Below the pieces are notes generated by a model. The model did not search any database. It saw only the letters and a program-made list of their open reading frames with translations, and was not told the DNA's origin. Positions 57,780 to 64,000 of a DNA stretch of 64,000 nucleotides are shown here, piece after piece. The stretch covers positions 160,001 to 224,000 of the forward strand of contig JASGJN010000014.1 in NCBI GenBank assembly GCA_049840735.1, written 5' to 3'. This stretch comes from Anaeromyxobacter sp. GTDB taxonomy: Bacteria; Myxococcota; Myxococcia; Myxococcales; Anaeromyxobacteraceae. The stretch's first letter is position 1. Every line of letters begins with the position of its first letter. The translations under genes were made by a program, and so were the position numbers.

Positions 57780-59249
57780 CTACCGCATCATCTCGAAGTG
57801 ACGGTCGTCGGCCTGGTCGTCCACGCGGTCGAGGAACGTGTTGCAGATCTCGGTGACCATGTGGATGACGCCCTGGTAGCCGACGAGCGGCACGCGGTGC
57901 TTGTGGACGCGGTCGAAGATGGGGAAGCCGAAGCGGAAGAGCGGGATCTTCGCGTCGCGGGCGGCGAACTTGCCGTGCGTGTCGCCGATGAGCGCGTCGA
58001 CCGGCTCGGTCACCAGCAGGCTGCGCAGGTGCCACAGGTCGCGGTTCATGTAGACCTTGCAGCCCTTGCCGTACGGCGAGCCGTCGAGCAGCGCCTGCAG
58101 CTCCTTCTCCAGCTTCTTGGACCCCTTGCTGCAGAGGATGTGGGCCGGCACCGCGCCCATCTCCAGCAGGAACGCCACGTACCCGAGCAGCAGGTCCGGG
58201 TCGCCGTACACCGCGAACCGCTTGCCGTGCATGTACTGCTGGGCGTCGGTCATGGCGTCCACGGCGCGGCCGCGCTCGGCCTTGAGCGCCGCCGGGACGG
58301 GCCTGTCGAACAGCTCGGCCAGCTTCATGAGGAAGGCGTCGGTCCGGGCGATGCCCATGGGCAGCGGCATGGCCGAGTGGGAGCCGGCATAGGCCTCCTT
58401 CACCCAGGTCATGGTCTTGGTGGTCGCGTACGGGCCCACCGAGAGCGTGGCCTTGCCGTTGATGGAGTCGGCCGCCTCGGCCAGCGGCGTGCCGCCGGGG
58501 TAGGTCCGGTAGGTGCCGTCGTTGGGCGAGTCGAAGGACTCGGAGAGGTCGGCCAGGAAGGTGTACGGGATGCCGAACGCCTCCAGGATCCGCTTGTACT
58601 CGCGGTAGTTGCCGGTGTTGGTGTCGAAGCCGGCGATGAAGTTGAGCTTGCCGGTGCAGCGCCCCTCCACCTTCTTCCCCTCGGTGAGGGTCTGGAGGAT
58701 GGCGGCCAGCATGGAGTCGTAGCCGGTGACGTGGGAGCCGTTGAAGGAGGGCGTGTTGGCGTAGGCCACTGGCAGGTCGGCCGGCACGAACCCCTTCTGC
58801 CGGGCGTTCCTGATGAAGGCGGTCAGGTCGTCGCCGATCACCTCCGGCATGCAGGAGGTGAAGATGGAGATCAGCTTGGGCTTGTAGAGCGCGACGGCGT
58901 TCTCGAGCCCCTCGTGCAGGTTGTTCTGGCCGCCGAAGACCGCGCCGTCCTCGGTCATGGCCGAGGAGACGGCCGCCGCCGGCTCGCGGAAGTGGCGGTT
59001 GAGCGTGGAGCGGTAGTAGGAGGCGCACCCCTGGGCGCCGTGCACGAACGGCAGCGACCCCTCGAAGCCGTGGGCAGCCAGCTCGGCCCCCAGCGGCTGG
59101 CAGGCGTGGGCCGGGTTCACCACCAGCGCCTGGCGTGCGAAGTTCTTCTCCCGGTACTCGGGGGTGTCGACCCACCGGGCGACCCGCGCCTCGTCCTCGG
59201 GGGTGATCGAGGTGACCGGCTTCACGGCGACCGCAGGCGTCTCGGACAT
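57780..59249 (-). CDS. nifK: MoFe nitrogenase beta chain
   Basis: NPAHACQPLG, HGAQGC, SSAMTEDGAVFGG, FPIFDR. Confidence 0.97.
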   Translation of the reverse strand: MSETPAVAVKPVTSITPEDEARVARWVDTPEYREKNFARQALVVNPAHACQPLGAELAAHGFEGSLPFVHGAQGCASYYRSTLNRHFREPAAAVSSAMTEDGAVFGGQNNLHEGLENAVALYKPKLISIFTSCMPEVIGDDLTAFIRNARQKGFVPADLPVAYANTPSFNGSHVTGYDSMLAAILQTLTEGKKVEGRCTGKLNFIAGFDTNTGNYREYKRILEAFGIPYTFLADLSESFDSPNDGTYRTYPGGTPLAEAADSINGKATLSVGPYATTKTMTWVKEAYAGSHSAMPLPMGIARTDAFLMKLAELFDRPVPAALKAERGRAVDAMTDAQQYMHGKRFAVYGDPDLLLGYVAFLLEMGAVPAHILCSKGSKKLEKELQALLDGSPYGKGCKVYMNRDLWHLRSLLVTEPVDALIGDTHGKFAARDAKIPLFRFGFPIFDRVHKHRVPLVGYQGVIHMVTEICNTFLDRVDDQADDRHFEMMR

Positions 59250-59335
59250 GGCTCTCTCCTCTCGCCGGGGGCTCATCCGCCCCACGGCGCCAGGTGCTGC
59301 GTTTCCGGGTGGTGGGGCCGCGGTGGCCCCGGGAT

Positions 59336-60781
59336 CTAGAACGGGCTCTTGACCAGCTTCCAGGTCGGGCTGTTCACGGCCATGTCGATGTCGCGGGCGA
59401 AGACGCCGAAGCCCTCGTAGCCGTGGTACGGGCCGGAGTAGTCCCAGCTGTGCATCTGCCGGAACGGCAGGCCCATCTTCTGGAACAGGTACTTCTCCTT
59501 GATGCCGGAGCCGACCAGGTCGGGCTTGAGCGTCTCCACGAAGTGCTCCAGCTCGTGCTCGGAGGCGTCGTCGTAGATGACGGTCGCGTCCGGCATCTCC
59601 GGGCTGGTCCGCTCGTAGTCGTCGGCGTGGGCGAACTCGTAGCCGGAGCCGACCACCTGCATGCCCAGATCCTCGTACGCGCCCACGGTGTGGCGCGGGC
59701 GGAGGCCGCCCACGTACAGCATCACCCTCTTGCCCTCGAGCCTCGGGCGGTACTCGTCGAGGATGGCCTGCATCTTCGGCTCCCAGGCGGCGATCACCCG
59801 CTCGACGTTCTGCTTGATCCGGTCGTCGAACTTCGCCGCCAGGGCCCGGAGGCTCTGCTTGATTCTGGTTGGACCGAAGAAGTTCAGCTCGATCCACGGG
59901 ATCCCGTACTTCTCCTCCATGACCTTGCACATGTAGTTCATGGACCGGTAGCAGTGGATGACGTTGAGCTTCACCTGGTGGGTGGCGGCGATGCGATCCA
60001 GCTCGCCGTCGCCGGTCCAGGTGGCCTTCACGTTGAGGCCGCACGCCTCCAGCAGCGGCTTCACCGACCAGACGTCGCCGCCGATGTTGTAGTCGCCGAT
60101 CAGGGCGATGTCGTACGGCCCGGCCGGCTCCGTGAACTCGCGGGTCCCGATGATGTGATCGCGGATGGTGTCGTTGGAGATGTGGTGCCCCAGCGACTGC
60201 GAGACGCCGCGGAAGCCCTCGCAGTTGCAGGGGATGACCGGCAGGTCCAGCTCCTTCGACATGGCCTTGGCGACGGCGTTGATGTCGTCGCCGATGAGAC
60301 CCACCGGGCACTCGGACAGGACCGAGATGCCCTTGGCCAGCGGGAAGAGCTCCTTGGCCTCCCGCAGCAGCACGGCCAGCTTCTTGTCCCCGCCGTAGAC
60401 GATGTCCTTCTCCTGGAAGTCGGAGGTGAACTGCATGCCGAAGCTCGACACGCCGTTCTTGCCGGACATGAGGTTGCGGCGGGTGCCCCACGAGTACCAG
60501 CCGCAGCCGACCGGCCCGTGGGACACGTGCACCATGTCGCGGATCGGGCCCCACACCACGCCCTTGGCGCCCGCGTAGGCGCAGCCGCGCGCGCTCATCA
60601 CGCCCGGCACCGTCTTCCGGTTCGACTTCACGCAGGCGCTGCCTGCGCTGGGGTCGTTGGGCGCCAGGTGCGGCGCCCGCTTCTTCTTCCCCTTCTCCGG
60701 GTAGGCCTCGAGGGCCTCGTCGATCATCTGCTGGGTCGACTCGCGGGTGATCCCATCGACCTTCTTCACGGTGTCGGACAC
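59336..60781 (-). CDS. nifD: MoFe nitrogenase alpha chain
   Basis: [50 protein letters not shown] before the GTG at 60781. Confidence 0.97.
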   Translation of the reverse strand: MSDTVKKVDGITRESTQQMIDEALEAYPEKGKKKRAPHLAPNDPSAGSACVKSNRKTVPGVMSARGCAYAGAKGVVWGPIRDMVHVSHGPVGCGWYSWGTRRNLMSGKNGVSSFGMQFTSDFQEKDIVYGGDKKLAVLLREAKELFPLAKGISVLSECPVGLIGDDINAVAKAMSKELDLPVIPCNCEGFRGVSQSLGHHISNDTIRDHIIGTREFTEPAGPYDIALIGDYNIGGDVWSVKPLLEACGLNVKATWTGDGELDRIAATHQVKLNVIHCYRSMNYMCKVMEEKYGIPWIELNFFGPTRIKQSLRALAAKFDDRIKQNVERVIAAWEPKMQAILDEYRPRLEGKRVMLYVGGLRPRHTVGAYEDLGMQVVGSGYEFAHADDYERTSPEMPDATVIYDDASEHELEHFVETLKPDLVGSGIKEKYLFQKMGLPFRQMHSWDYSGPYHGYEGFGVFARDIDMAVNSPTWKLVKSPF

Positions 60782-60808
60782 GACGCGCTCCTTCCTGGTC
60801 ACCCGCGG

Positions 60809-61771
<963 letters not shown>

Positions 61772-61862
61772 TCACGGTGCGTGTACGCGGGGTTCGGCGC
61801 TCGCGGGACCCGGGCTCACCGTCCGGGCACCATCCCGACCGTCCCGAAGCTGCCAGCGCGGC

Positions 61863-61878
61863 TGTACGGAAGCGGACA
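61863..61878. promoter_or_regulatory. NifA upstream activator sequence
   Basis: TGT-ACGGAAGCGG-ACA (TGT-N10-ACA), about 120 nt upstream of the -24 box. Confidence 0.75.
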
Positions 61879-61913
61879 ATCGGCGCAAGGACGGCGCGGC
61901 GGGAGGCCCCTCG

Positions 61914-62054
61914 CCTTCGACTCCGCCGCCTGCGGCGGCTACGCTCAGGCCGAACGGATCCAGGACCATGCCCATGCCCCACGAGCCCGTTCGGGGTGAG
62001 CGTAGGGCCGGGGCCGAGCTGGCCCGGGTCACGCGTCCGGCCCGGAGTCGAACC
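61914..62054. repeat. Inverted pair of REP-like elements
   Basis: + copy 61914-61957 and - copy 61986-62054. Confidence 0.85.
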
Positions 62055-62068
62055 ACGCACGGGCGAGG

Positions 62069-62542
62069 TCAGCCGCGTCGAGCCCTGGGTGGCCCGCGCA
62101 GGCAGACCAGCTGCGTGCGCGCCCAGGCCAGCCGCGCGTAGAAGCCCAGCGCGGGCGCGTTGGCCGCGTCGGCCAGCAGCTGGCAGCGGGTGGCGCCGCG
62201 CGCCGCGGCCCAGGCCTGCACGGCGGCCAGCAGCCGGCGCCCCACGCCCGCGCCGCGCTCCGGCGCGGCCACGATGAGATCCTCGATCCAAGCGGACGGG
62301 GCGCCCTCGGCGGTGGAGATCACCAGCTGCGCGGTCACCATCCCCACGATCTGCCCGCCCCGCTCGGCCACCAGCACGGTGCGCTGGCGCGGCGCCTGGA
62401 GCATGCGGCGCAGGCCTCGGCGCTGGCGCACCGCCTCGGGGCGGAAGTCGGCCTCGAGCGTGAAGAGCGCGTGGAGCAGCCCCACCAGCGCGTCCAGGTC
62501 GCGCTGCCGGGCCCGGCGGATGATCAGCCGGGCGCGGCTCAG
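62069..62542 (-). CDS. GNAT acetyltransferase; no canonical start codon found
   Basis: [41 protein letters not shown]. Confidence 0.8.
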   Translation of the reverse strand: MSRARLIIRRARQRDLDALVGLLHALFTLEADFRPEAVRQRRGLRRMLQAPRQRTVLVAERGGQIVGMVTAQLVISTAEGAPSAWIEDLIVAAPERGAGVGRRLLAAVQAWAAARGATRCQLLADAANAPALGFYARLAWARTQLVCLRGPPRARRG

Positions 62543-64000
62543 AACCGCTCCAGCGGAATGGCGAACTTGGCGATGCGGTAGCGCAGCTGGCGCACCGTCA
62601 TCCCGAGCAGCCGCGCCGCGCGGGCCTGCACCCAGCCGGCCCGCACCAGCGCCTGCACCACCCGCGTTCGCTCGTCGTCGGCCACCCCGGCTGGCCCGTC
62701 GGACGCCGGCGCCAGCGCCGTCCCCAGCACCGGCCCGCAGCCCACCGGCTCGGGCCCCTGCGCCTCCAGCAGCTGGGCCAGGTCGTGGCAGGTCACCCGC
62801 GCGCCCGGGTGCGAGACCACCAGCCGCTCCAGCACGTTGCGCAGCTGGCGCACGTTGCCCGGCCAGGGGGCGCGGGCCAAGGCCTCGATGGCCCCTGGCT
62901 CGAAGACCAGCGCCCTCCCGTGCTCGTCGGCCAGCGCCGACAGGAAGTGCGAGACCAGCAGCGGGACGTCCTCCGGCCGCTGCCGCAGCGGGGGCAGCAC
63001 CAGCTCCACCACCTGCAGCCGGTGGTAGAGGTCGAGCCGGAACTGGCCGGCCCGGACCGCGGCCTCCAGGTCGCGGTTGGTGGCGGCCACCAGCCGCACG
63101 TCCACGGTGACGGTGCGGTGCCCGCCCACCCGCTCGAACTGGCGCTCCTGGATGGCGCGCAGCAGCTTCACCTGGGCCGAGAGCGGCAGCTCCCCGATCT
63201 CGTCCAGGAAGAGCGTGCCGCCGTCTGCCGCCTCGAAGCGGCCGGCCTGGGCCTGGTGCGCGCCGGTGAAGGCCCCGCGCTCGTGGCCGAAGAGCGCGCT
63301 CTCCAGCAGCGTCTCGGGCAGGGCCGCGCAGCTCACCGCCACGAACGGGCGCTCCGCGCGCGTGGAGGCGTCGTGCAGGGCCCGGGCGATCACCTCCTTG
63401 CCCGTCCCGCTCTCCCCGCGCAGCAGCACCGTGGCGCGGCTGGGGGCCACCTGCGAGACCACGTCCAGCACCGCGCGCCAGGGCGGGCTCACCCCCACCG
63501 CGCCCTCGAAGCGGGCCGGCTCGGCGGTGAGCACGGTCTGCACCGAGGCCCGGCGGTGCGCAGGCCCCTCCGCCTGGTGGAGCCGGATCCGGACCGCCAG
63601 CATGCCGGCCACGATGGTCAGGAGCCGCAGGTCGGCGTCGAAGGAGAAGGTCCCGGCCCCCCAGCGGCGGTCCGCGGTGAGCACGCCCAGCGTGGCCCGC
63701 CCCTCGCGGATGGGCACCGCGTAGAGCGCGCGGGGATCGGTGTCGAGGTGGCGCCAGGTGCCGGTCCGGTTGCGGAAGACCGGCTCGGTCGCCAGGTCGG
63801 GCAGGACCATGGGCAGGCCGGCCTGGAAGACGCGCCCGATGACCCCCTCCCCCGGGCGCAGCCGCCCCTGGATTCCGCTCGGCGTCCGCCATCTCCGGCG
63901 CCGCCTCGATGAAGACGTCCCCGGTCACCGTGTCGAACAGCGACACGGTCCCGTTCTCCAGGCCGACGTGCGACCGGAGCACCTGCAGCGCGGAGGTGTA
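62539..64000 (-). CDS. nifA: NifA-like GAF-AAA+-HTH sigma54 activator; N-terminus outside the window; apparent frameshift at 63871-63875
   Basis: GAF ([17 protein letters not shown]), [36 protein letters not shown]; matching UAS upstream of nifH. Confidence 0.85.

Noticed and set aside
59336..60781. Alternative (V or Fe-only) nitrogenase
   Set aside because: No vnfG or anfG between D and K; the motifs (HCYRS, MHSWDY) and nifEN indicate the Mo enzyme

Overview
Very high-GC DNA from a myxobacterium, most likely Anaeromyxobacter-like (inferred from gene content only). From left to right the window has five blocks. (1) A single contiguous gliding-motility locus, gltI(agmK)-gltH-G-F-E-D-C-A-B with a divergent gltK/cglC (1-21957). 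(2) A mixed housekeeping and signalling region: DUF192, PilZ, a membrane HEXXH peptidase, thrB, a TPR protein, an FHA-sigma54 activator and a stand-alone MshEN protein. (3) A cell-envelope module: a Cys-rich OmpA/Pal gene plus cpoB, divergent from a sigma54 response regulator, PBP1A, an FG-GAP-like protein, an orphan family-5 solute-binding protein and a histidine kinase. (4) An MXAN_5187-like protein, an S46 peptidase, a small RHH-like gene coupled to nadA and a methyltransferase. (5) A Mo-nitrogenase cluster, nifA-GNAT-nifHDK-nifEN(fused)-nifX-fdxB-nifB-nifW, with a sigma54 promoter and a NifA UAS. Twelve of the 13 apparent frameshifts lie in or beside GATC, which points to methylation-induced sequencing errors rather than pseudogenes. 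The best novelty candidates are the RHH-nadA unit with a palindromic operator, a structured intergenic RNA inside the glt locus, the SBP/kinase/PBP1A module, and a REP-like repeat family with variable internal hairpins.
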